48,619 nt of DNA from an uncultured archaeon (GTDB lineage Archaea; Altiarchaeota; Altiarchaeia; IMC4; QMZM01): positions 1 to 48,619 of the forward strand of contig CBFCYF010000003.1 of the NCBI GenBank assembly GCA_965602195.1, in the 5' to 3' direction. Below are positions 1-7,857 of the stretch, piece after piece. The translations under genes were made by a program, and so were the position numbers. How positions within the stretch are numbered: position 1 is the first letter of the stretch; each line of letters opens with the position of its first letter. Under the pieces are notes generated by a model. It saw only the letters and a program-made list of their open reading frames with translations. It was not told the DNA's origin and did not search any database.

Positions 1-146
1 GATATATTTACAACCATAGTCTCTCCAAGAAAAGTTGATAAAATAATTATCATCTGCACACCTATAGATGATAGAAGAATCACAGATAGCACAATTATTA
101 GGTAGATTAAGCACCATGCCACTATCTTTATTTTTTCTTTGTTCAT
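1..146 (-). CDS. Partial cassette-3 ORF, hydrophobic membrane protein (MNKEKIKIVAWCLIYLIIVLSVILLSSIGVQMIIILSTFLGETMVVNI...), truncated by window edge
   Basis: Manual translation from ATG at 146, open to the edge; preceded by TATA-like AAAGATTATAAAT and by the attC at 205-295. Confidence 0.6.
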   Translation of the reverse strand, partial: MNKEKIKIVAWCLIYLIIVLSVILLSSIGVQMIIILSTFLGETMVVNI

Positions 147-204
147 AGTTAACATTTTGGATATGACATATTTATAATCTTTTCAGAGCGAGCCAAAAAA
201 TTAC

Positions 205-295
205 GCCTAACGTATTGGATTATGAGAAGTTTCCTGTCAAGGAAATTTGGACGTAAGGAGCATAAGCGACTGAAGTCTCATAAACCTTGTTAGGT
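205..295 (-). repeat. attC site (91 bp) ending cassette 2
   Basis: Minus strand ACCTAAC-aaggt-TTATGAGA...TCTCATAA-tccaatac-GTTAGGC; complementary R and L boxes with a central variable region. Confidence 0.85.
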
Positions 296-472
296 GAGGT
301 CGATAGACCCGACTGAGCGATAGCGAGGGAGCGTATGACGCAGGCGATTTGCGATTTATTATTTTCTGAATAAAATTTTTGGTGGATGGTTACTGTAAAA
401 ACGGACATAGTGTTCGTCAAGGCCATCAAAATCTCGATATTGGATTTCCCCACGGATTGAAGTACTTTTAGC

Positions 473-1192
473 TCAGATAAGCTCCCTATAGCACCACTCT
501 TTGATACTCTGATTCTGGATTTTCCCACATATTGAGGAGTCCTCTTTAGTGTAGGCAACTTGGAAATAGCAATTATCTTTGTGACGCTGATACTGGACCC
601 CATCGCAGACCGAAGGATCTCCTTTGGCTATTGCAACCCCAAAATAGCACGAATCTTTATAACTCTGATACTGTATTTCATCACATATTGAGGGGTCTTT
701 TTTGACCTCAGCAACCCCTTTATAGCATTTATCTTTGATATCCTGATCCTCTATTTTATCACATAATGAAAGGTTTTCTTGGGCTATGGCAACATATCTA
801 TAACAAGAATCTTTATCCCAACCCTGCAGTTTATCACATAGTAAAGGATCTTTTTTAAGTATGGCACAACAATAATCTTTCTCATCTTGATCTTGTATTC
901 TATCGCAGATTGAAGGATCGTCCTTGGATATGGCAACACTCATGTAGCAATCATCTTTGTAGCCCTGATTCTGGATTTTTTTGCATGCTGAAAGATACCC
1001 TTTGGTTATGCCAACATCTCGATAACAGCAATCTTTGTAATCCTGGTCCTTGATATTATCACATCTCAAAAGGTCTTCATCCCTATTTTCCCCAATACAC
1101 CCACTCAACACAGTCACAAAAACCAGAATAAAAATAAAATTCTTTCTCCCCTCCACTTTCAAAAGTTCTTTAATCATTTCTTTGTCCATCAT
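473..1192 (-). CDS. Cassette 2: Cys-rich 26-aa repeat lipoprotein (CDxIQxQxxKDxCY)
   Basis: Lipobox VLSGC followed by about 8 CxxI..KDxCY units; lies between two attC sites. Confidence 0.85.
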   Translation of the reverse strand: MMDKEMIKELLKVEGRKNFIFILVFVTVLSGCIGENRDEDLLRCDNIKDQDYKDCCYRDVGITKGYLSACKKIQNQGYKDDCYMSVAISKDDPSICDRIQDQDEKDYCCAILKKDPLLCDKLQGWDKDSCYRYVAIAQENLSLCDKIEDQDIKDKCYKGVAEVKKDPSICDEIQYQSYKDSCYFGVAIAKGDPSVCDGVQYQRHKDNCYFQVAYTKEDSSICGKIQNQSIKEWCYRELI

Positions 1193-1252
1193 AATAATAT
1201 TTCCTCTCTTCTCTAAAATAAATTCCTCAGCAAAATCGCCGAGTAATATGTC

Positions 1253-1339
1253 GCCTAACGGCCAGCATATACGACGTTGCCGAAAGGCAATGTCCCGAAG
1301 GGCAAAGGCAAAGCCTGCAGCGTATATGCTTTGTTAGGC
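1253..1339 (-). repeat. attC site (87 bp) ending cassette 1
   Basis: GCCTAAC...GTTAGGC with inner AGCATATACG/CGTATATGCT arms and small central hairpins. Confidence 0.9.
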
Positions 1340-1368
1340 GAGCGTATGACGCAGGCGATTTTGCGAAA

Positions 1369-1731
1369 TTATTTTTCTAAATAACCTAAAATTCCACCAA
1401 TAATACCCGTAATTGAACCAATTGTACTGATGATACTACCGACACCAATTATGAATAAGTTGATTATTGAGAAAAGTATTACTAGCTTTCCTGCTGTCTT
1501 CTCCCGCCCAATAACTCGCATTTGCATTGAACCATAGACAATTATCAAACCTATGATAATGGCTCCAATAGTAACAGAGAGTGGTGGTGAGGGTTCAAGG
1601 GTTTGACCAGTATAAAACTTAACAAATAGTGCATTTGAAGGGGTAATTGGGAATAAAAGTACTAAAAGGCCGGCAAGAATTATCAAGATACCACCAATCA
1701 AAGAAAGTATAAAACCAATTTTTGAACTCAT
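1369..1731 (-). CDS. Cassette 1 ORF2: small multi-pass membrane protein
   Basis: About 4 Gly/Ile-rich hydrophobic segments; stop 30 nt before the attC. Confidence 0.75.
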   Translation of the reverse strand: MSSKIGFILSLIGGILIILAGLLVLLFPITPSNALFVKFYTGQTLEPSPPLSVTIGAIIIGLIIVYGSMQMRVIGREKTAGKLVILFSIINLFIIGVGSIISTIGSITGIIGGILGYLEK

Positions 1732-1737
1732 CCTTAA

Positions 1738-2331
1738 TCACCCTCCTGTTCCAATTTTGTTTTCAACTATCCTAGCTAATTTTGTCAGATCGTTTGGTGT
1801 TGTTTTCTTACCCGTTGACACCATCATTTCAACTATAGTTTCATCTATTCTGAATATAGTACCGTATGCAATAACATCGGCAAATGTTATCTTTTCAATG
1901 ACACTCTCGTCACCAAAATGTGGATTAGAGAGAATTTCTTTATAATCCTGAATCTCTGAAGAATAATATTTTTTGGCTTTTTCTTCTGTACCAAAGATTC
2001 TGATTTGACAGGTTATATCACACGCTGATACTTCATGAAGAGTACCCTCCTCTATAAAAAAACAACTAGAAACACCTGAAACAGGCAGAGGACATCCTAA
2101 AACCGCCTCAATCTCTTCCACACTAACATCCTCTTTTTGAGCAATATCCTCTACTGTAGTAAGACCCTTAACAGACTCTTCAATAACAGAAAATCCTGCC
2201 GATTCGACATCTTCTTTGGTGAGTATAATCTCAGAAGCATCTTTACTCTTTTCAGTGCTATGGATACATCCACTAACTAAGATAATCCCAACAATTAGAA
2301 TAGATATTCCAATTTTTATCATAGTTTCCAT
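1738..2331 (-). CDS. Cassette 1 ORF1: putative lipoprotein
   Basis: Signal peptide with lipobox LVSGC; acidic soluble domain. Confidence 0.75.
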   Translation of the reverse strand: METMIKIGISILIVGIILVSGCIHSTEKSKDASEIILTKEDVESAGFSVIEESVKGLTTVEDIAQKEDVSVEEIEAVLGCPLPVSGVSSCFFIEEGTLHEVSACDITCQIRIFGTEEKAKKYYSSEIQDYKEILSNPHFGDESVIEKITFADVIAYGTIFRIDETIVEMMVSTGKKTTPNDLTKLARIVENKIGTGG

Positions 2332-2392
2332 GATTAATTATTCGCCTCTTTCTTCAAATAAGTTTCTCAGCAAAATCGCCGAGTAATATGTC

Positions 2393-2437
2393 GCCTAACT
2401 ACTTATATCCGACTCTGTCGGATATACTCCATTAAGT
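2393..2437 (-). other. Putative attI / first recombination site
   Basis: GTTAGGC core followed by the same 34-nt leader as cassette 2; perfect hairpin TATATCCGAC-tct-GTCGGATATA at 2404-2426; about 65 bp past the recombinase stop codon. Confidence 0.65.
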
Positions 2438-2503
2438 AAAGTTTGCTCTTAATGAGTGATTATATATCGGGGCTAAACCATATAACCGATACTGGATTCT
2501 ATC

Positions 2504-3570
2504 TCAGGGATTCCCCCCACCCATTCTGATACTGTCCAATGGGCTCTTTATTTTCCTCAGTTCCTTGTTACTCACATGAGTATAGACTTCTGTGGTTTTT
2601 GAACTCTTATGTCCCAGCAACTCCTGAATATACCGCAGATCCACACCACCCTCTAACATGTGAGTGGCAAAGGAATGTCGTAAACTGTGCACACTCACAT
2701 CCTTCTTGATCCCCGCTTTATTACAAGCATTTGAAAATACCCTCTGAACCGTCCTAGTTGTTATGTGTCTCTCCCTATCCTGACTTGGAAATAGCCACTT
2801 CTTCAGTTTGTTCCCCCCCCCAATATTCCTTCAAGGTTTCTAAGGCAACATCAGAAAGAAGAGTATATCTGTCTTTCCTACCCTTAGCACCCTTTACATG
2901 AATCAATTTTCTATTGATGTCAATATCCTCAACCCTTAATTTTACAACCTCACTAACTCTCAGTCCAGCAGAGTAAACAAGCATAAGAATTGCCTTATGC
3001 TTTATATTCAAAACCGAAGAAAGAATTTCTGAAACCTCCTCCCGACTCAAAACAACAGGCAACTTCCTATCCTTCCTGGGTCTCTTGGTTTCATAGACAA
3101 AACTCTGCTTTAAAACGCTACCATAGTAAAACCTCAACGCATTGATTGCAATATTCAAAGTAGATGCTGATGCGTCTCTCTTTTCAGCCAAGTAATACAG
3201 ATACTCTTTTACATCATCGTTGGAGACCCCACAGGGATTCCTCCCACTAAATCTCAGAAAATCTTTGTTGTAATACAAATACGCCTTTATCGTCTTCTGA
3301 CTGTATTTTCTTGAAACAAGCTCTCTTCTTAAAGTCTCAAGATACACGGAAGGGTCGATATATATCTCTTCCCCATCAAAAATCGTCAAAAATCTTCCGA
3401 GAACATTATCGGAGTAAGGAATAGTCCAATATTTCCCCTCAGGATGCCATCTACAGCCCTCGACGCTTTTAATTTTAGCAATATATTCCCTGTCGTAAGG
3501 GAAAGTTACTTTAAGTCTCTCACTATTCTCCCCTCTCAACTCTTATTGCAAAACTCGCTTTCTGCTCCAT
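2504..3570 (-). pseudogene. IntI-like/XerD-family tyrosine recombinase with N-terminal HARP-like domain, frameshifted (about 354 aa if repaired)
   Basis: SAM-like YSQKTIKAY, box I YSAGLRVSE, KGRKDR, box [12 protein letters not shown]...LLGH...TTEVYTH, C-terminal SPLD; ORFs 2775-3539 and 2504-2698 join if one base is removed from C9 at 2813-2821. Confidence 0.88.
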
Positions 3571-3601
3571 CCTCTGCTACCTCACCCCCTGAAAAAACAG
3601 A

Positions 3602-4117
3602 CTATCCAACAACATCCGCCAGAAACACACCAACACAACCAGAGACAAATCCAAGGACCACCATAAACAAAGCAGAAACCGGCTCAACCCAGATACCTGT
3701 GTGAACACCTAACGCCACCCAAGTGATTATAAGACACAGACTGTTTCCGAGTCCGCCATTGATAAACTTCCTCCCAACTAATTCAATCGACACCCCCATA
3801 GACAACAAAGCAAACACCGCATAAACCCCAAACCACTCAGGAAAAATAACACCATACCATGGACGTATAAGCAAACAGAAGGATGCGACAAGAAGAGCTG
3901 TGACAATCGCAGTATACTTTTTATGTACAATCTTATACGCTAAAGCAACCCAGAAAACAAAAATAACACCCCCCAACAAAGCCATCCCCGCCGCGGGCCC
4001 CGGAAGACCTAAGGTCTCAGTGATGGATTTAATCGGCAGATAACCGTTTACCAACGCACTTGAAGTTGCCAACACCACCACCACCGCCAACTCCTGTACC
4101 GTGAAATAAGACTTCAT
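3602..4117 (-). CDS. Membrane protein, ECF S-component-like
   Basis: 5-6 TM helices; FTVQEL N-terminus typical of ECF substrate-binding components. Confidence 0.55.
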   Translation of the reverse strand: MKSYFTVQELAVVVVLATSSALVNGYLPIKSITETLGLPGPAAGMALLGGVIFVFWVALAYKIVHKKYTAIVTALLVASFCLLIRPWYGVIFPEWFGVYAVFALLSMGVSIELVGRKFINGGLGNSLCLIITWVALGVHTGIWVEPVSALFMVVLGFVSGCVGVFLADVVG

Positions 4118-4128
4118 CGCTTAATCCA

Positions 4129-5463
4129 TTAGCCTTTCTTTATATAATAAACAACTACAGCCAGAAGCAATACAATCAAAACCAAGGCATATATCCATCC
4201 AGGGACCACGGAAACCGCATCTGCCTCAGATTCAATAACCTCCTCCCCCTCCATAATGCCCAATTCAACCAACGGATTCACTCCCGCCGCCTTAAGCCTC
4301 TCTATCTCCGCCGGACTATCAACAGTGAATTCCTTCAGGGTGCTGATCAGCTCCTGGGGTTTATCCAGGTAATCCATCATAAACAAGTCCATCTTCAGCC
4401 TCATATACCACCACCTGTAGGAGTCAAAGGCCTTGAGATCTTTTCCACTTACATTACCACACAACTGATATGTTTTATCCCAGTCAAAGGCCACAACTAT
4501 CCCCTGCCCCCCTCCAGTTTCCTTATCCTCTCTGATGAATATATTAGCCACATTCTTCGCCTCCTCAGGAAGTCTTTCCTTCTGCTCATTAGTGAGCCAC
4601 TTTACAAACAGCCGCTTATGCCCTACATTAGTTTCAAAAAGCTGTATGAATACATCATCCTTACACCAAGGCGGAATTGCTATGATTGTGTATTCATTTC
4701 TCGGGTTCGATGAGGGAAGCTCCTTTTTCACGTACTCTGCAATCAGATAACCGCTCGTCAGTCCAGGGCAGATATGATCATGGAGCTCAGCCACCTTAAG
4801 GAAATCATTCGGCAGACCCTCAGCCCAGACATTACTTAGGGTAATCAGGCTGAATTCATTCCCACCGAACACCTTCGCCTTCATCTTCTCCTGCCACGGC
4901 TCCGGATCGCTGAGCAATTTATCTGCACCGATATTCTCTACCGCAATCTTCGTAAATATTTTCTCGTCTCCGAGCTCCATGAAATCCCTTAAAGCATTTC
5001 TGTCAGCTCCCTCCCTGCCCAGATAAGTTTCAAGAACCTCGCCATCGGCTTCGAGATAAACACAATCCCCACTCACCCTGTCGAAGAAAGCAAACCATAA
5101 TTTAGCGTTATATGGTTTATGCACATTCACCAGACTACCCTTACCCCGGGAATTCCCGGTTGTTAAAGTCACCCCATCAAGAGCCTTCTCCGAGGTATAA
5201 CCGCCAACTTCAGCTATATATCCCGCATCCGTCAGTGCAAGAATATCACGACTATTCCTCTCAAAACCCAACTCATCCATTGCCACCTCAGAGGCTCTGA
5301 ATCCCACCAGATGCAATACGGAGAGATCCCCCTCCCCAACAAAATCAACTAACGGCTCTAATGCAGGATACTCGACGACGATTCCTTCCTCTGCCGAACC
5401 AACTACGGCGAATATACTGCACAAAAAAAACGCCAACGCCATCATACTCAAAATTTTTTTCAT
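4129..5463 (-). CDS. Exported, C-terminally anchored FmdE/FwdE-family metal-binding protein
   Basis: ELHDHICPGLTSGY and PPWCKDD motifs; signal peptide; C-terminal TM plus basic tail. Confidence 0.8.
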   Translation of the reverse strand: MKKILSMMALAFFLCSIFAVVGSAEEGIVVEYPALEPLVDFVGEGDLSVLHLVGFRASEVAMDELGFERNSRDILALTDAGYIAEVGGYTSEKALDGVTLTTGNSRGKGSLVNVHKPYNAKLWFAFFDRVSGDCVYLEADGEVLETYLGREGADRNALRDFMELGDEKIFTKIAVENIGADKLLSDPEPWQEKMKAKVFGGNEFSLITLSNVWAEGLPNDFLKVAELHDHICPGLTSGYLIAEYVKKELPSSNPRNEYTIIAIPPWCKDDVFIQLFETNVGHKRLFVKWLTNEQKERLPEEAKNVANIFIREDKETGGGQGIVVAFDWDKTYQLCGNVSGKDLKAFDSYRWWYMRLKMDLFMMDYLDKPQELISTLKEFTVDSPAEIERLKAAGVNPLVELGIMEGEEVIESEADAVSVVPGWIYALVLIVLLLAVVVYYIKKG

Positions 5464-5470
5464 TTTTTTA

Positions 5471-6238
5471 TCACCTCTCTTTACAAAATTCTATTTCATC
5501 TACTTTGATTGAAACCCTATTTAATTCAAGGGAGATTGATTTAGGTTCACGGTGAGGCCAGAGTTGTTCAATAACCGAAGCAAGTCTCGGTCTCCCGAAA
5601 AATGGGATGAACTCCTCCAGACCAGTGCAGGGAACACCGATAAATGGGTTCACCTCACCCCCCCATAAATCGATATTCCAGAGATACCCCCCCATATCTT
5701 TTATCTCAGCACTGTATTGCCGATGGAAGTCAACAAACGGTGCTAGAATAGCACCTGAGGGAACAGTCAGAATATCGTAATTCTTAAGGGCAGGATAAAG
5801 ATTCTCCCTTATATCCCTGAGTGAACCGAAAACCTTTATTCTGAGCTCCCTATCCCCGTCTGTTGCAAAAATCTTGTCCCTAACCCCGTATGCAAGATAA
5901 TTGGCTTTAGATAGGAATTCCAGCAAGATCTCTATTGAGGCCTTGATTTTAAGTCCAGCCACACGATTGTATGCAGTTGTGAGGTGATACGGGGAGGGTC
6001 TGATGGGATATGCGTACCCGAATCTCTCCTCCAGGTGTTCCGCAGTCCACGGCAGGTGGGGAAGCGATATATTCTCCTGGTTTTTCAGGAAAATCTTCAT
6101 GAAAAATTTGACTTTATCGTTAATCAAGCCATTCTTTATCTCCCCATCCGCCGCCAGATATGCGATCTCGAAACTCGACACGAACACGTTTTCCCTTATG
6201 TAATCTGAGACCTCATATATTTTTTCGGTGGATATCAT
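5471..6238 (-). CDS. Hypothetical protein
   Basis: 255-aa ORF translationally coupled to the upstream gene. Confidence 0.65.
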   Translation of the reverse strand: MISTEKIYEVSDYIRENVFVSSFEIAYLAADGEIKNGLINDKVKFFMKIFLKNQENISLPHLPWTAEHLEERFGYAYPIRPSPYHLTTAYNRVAGLKIKASIEILLEFLSKANYLAYGVRDKIFATDGDRELRIKVFGSLRDIRENLYPALKNYDILTVPSGAILAPFVDFHRQYSAEIKDMGGYLWNIDLWGGEVNPFIGVPCTGLEEFIPFFGRPRLASVIEQLWPHREPKSISLELNRVSIKVDEIEFCKER

Positions 6239-6441
6239 TTTCCTAATTCATTTAATGCATTGAGTAGATGTTTGCTGGATTTATCCATATCATCTGCCGC
6301 CTTCCTGATGTTCACTGCCACATCCGTTAAGCCCATCCCCTCGGCTTTTTGTGCCCACTTCATTAACTCGCTTCCGTGTTCCTTATTATGCTCGGCCCAG
6401 TGTTTCAACAGTATCTCCAGCTTCTTTCGGTCCCCATCCAT
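6235..6441 (-). CDS. Small helical His-containing protein (HWxEHNxEH), probably metal-binding
   Basis: LKHWAEHNKEH motif; likely start MDGDRKK at 6441. Confidence 0.7.
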   Translation of the reverse strand: MDGDRKKLEILLKHWAEHNKEHGSELMKWAQKAEGMGLTDVAVNIRKAADDMDKSSKHLLNALNELGK

Positions 6442-6521
6442 TCTAGTGTATAGTAATAAAAATTTGATATTAGTGTTACCGTTAATTATGATGTTAAGCA
6501 TTTAAAAAGGGATTCTAGGAA

Positions 6522-6845
6522 TTACGGCAGATGTCGAAGAATCGCGATTTTTAACGGCGAGCATTTTTTTACCTCCCCTCCAACCCATCTCAGAAACTCC
6601 CCATCTGCTTCCACATCTATCTTCAGTATGCATGGAACCGTATAACTATGAACCCTTTTAATTTCCTCTCTGATCTCACCGAATTTTTTCTCTAATGTTT
6701 TTGCTATAACCATAAATTCTCTTTCTTCATTGATCTTGCCCTTCCACCAGTACATGCTTTCGATCGGGAGGATATTAACGCTGGCTATCAACTTTTTCGA
6801 TTGGGGGGCGAGGAATATAAGGAATAGGGTATCTGATCGGATCAT
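6522..6845 (-). CDS. cutA: CutA divalent-cation tolerance protein, N-terminus apparently degenerate
   Basis: IESMYWWKGKI...AKT...VHSYTVPCI motifs. Confidence 0.75.
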   Translation of the reverse strand: MIRSDTLFLIFLAPQSKKLIASVNILPIESMYWWKGKINEEREFMVIAKTLEKKFGEIREEIKRVHSYTVPCILKIDVEADGEFLRWVGGEVKKCSPLKIAILRHLP

Positions 6846-7792
6846 CCGGCCAGGAAGAACGTTATCTTCAGGTAGATGAACAGGAGGTAAAGTATTATTA
6901 AAACCGAGGATTCCTTCCGGTTCAGGTTCATGTGGTTGTAGAGGAGGAATAGCGCGATTGCTGTTGCAGCCATCCAGTAGACGAAGTCGAATTGCAGGAC
7001 ATTTAGGGATATGGTGACTCCAGCAACAGAGGCACCCAGTCCAAAGGATAATAGGGGGTCTGTTATGTTGCTACCAATCAGATTACCCAGTGAGAGTTCC
7101 CCAGCCCCCTTTTTTATGGCGCGCAGTGAGACGGTGAGTTCAGGGATGCTTGTCCCAAGACCAACAAATATTCCGATAATTGATTCATCTATCCTCATCT
7201 GCAAGGCTATAACGACACCGTTTTCCACGATCAAATAGGCGCCCACAACCACAACAACCAGGCCTATGAAGGTCTTGACCAAGTCGACTCCTATCCTATA
7301 GTTTCTTTTGGATTCTGTTTTCCTGTTCCCTAAAACCCTCTCCCCGTTGAGCAGATATATGATGTAGACGACGTACACTAACACAAGGAGGATTCCCTCA
7401 CCCTGGCTTACGTAACCGTCAACTGCGGTTATGTACATCAACATAAGCGATAGGAAAAGCATGAACCCGTCCCGTTTAAGGGATCTCATAGGTATTGTTA
7501 GTGTGGCCAGGAACCCCACGATACCCAAAAGAAGGGTGATTTGGACCAGGTCGCTTCCAATGATGTTCCCAACCGCAATCCCTGATGCGTCTTTTTCCGC
7601 TAAGGTGCTGAATCCTGCCATAATGTTGGTTGAGATCTCAGGCAGGGATGTTCCGATAGACGTTATGGTTAAGCCGATGATGAGATCTGAGACCCTGAGC
7701 TTTACGGCGATTCTCCGGGCGGCCTCCACGGCAAAATCACTCCCCCACCACAAGCCAATAAGACCTAATATGAGGAATACTATCTCATTCAT
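6842..7792 (-). CDS. Ca2+/Na+ antiporter (YrbG/CaCA family)
   Basis: Two alpha repeats GTSLPE...GNIIGS and GTSIPE...GNLIGSN. Confidence 0.92.
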   Translation of the reverse strand: MNEIVFLILGLIGLWWGSDFAVEAARRIAVKLRVSDLIIGLTITSIGTSLPEISTNIMAGFSTLAEKDASGIAVGNIIGSDLVQITLLLGIVGFLATLTIPMRSLKRDGFMLFLSLMLMYITAVDGYVSQGEGILLVLVYVVYIIYLLNGERVLGNRKTESKRNYRIGVDLVKTFIGLVVVVVGAYLIVENGVVIALQMRIDESIIGIFVGLGTSIPELTVSLRAIKKGAGELSLGNLIGSNITDPLLSFGLGASVAGVTISLNVLQFDFVYWMAATAIALFLLYNHMNLNRKESSVLIILYLLFIYLKITFFLAG

Positions 7793-7857
7793 ATACTGGA
7801 ATATGAACAGGCTAATATAAACCTGTTAGGAATATATATTACAGCAGGAGGTTTAGT

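Larger units (their letters stand above)
1..3570 (-). mobile_element. Integron-like element: tyrosine recombinase + putative attI + at least 3 cassettes separated by attC sites; array runs off the left edge
   Basis: RYYYAAC...GTTRRRY palindromic sites at 205-295 and 1253-1339 between co-oriented ORFs; a third GTTAGGC core at 2393-2399 next to a tyrosine recombinase gene. Confidence 0.85.

Noticed and set aside
220-603. 127-aa minus-strand ORF
   Set aside because: Alternative frame of the cassette 2 gene running through the trailer and attC; no protein-like features
1050-1337. 95-aa plus-strand ORF
   Set aside because: Antisense to cassette 2 and spans the attC palindrome
205-2399. CRISPR interpretation of the recurring GCCTAAC and 34-nt repeats
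   Set aside because: Spacing is about 1.1 kb with whole genes between copies and no cas genes; fits cassettes
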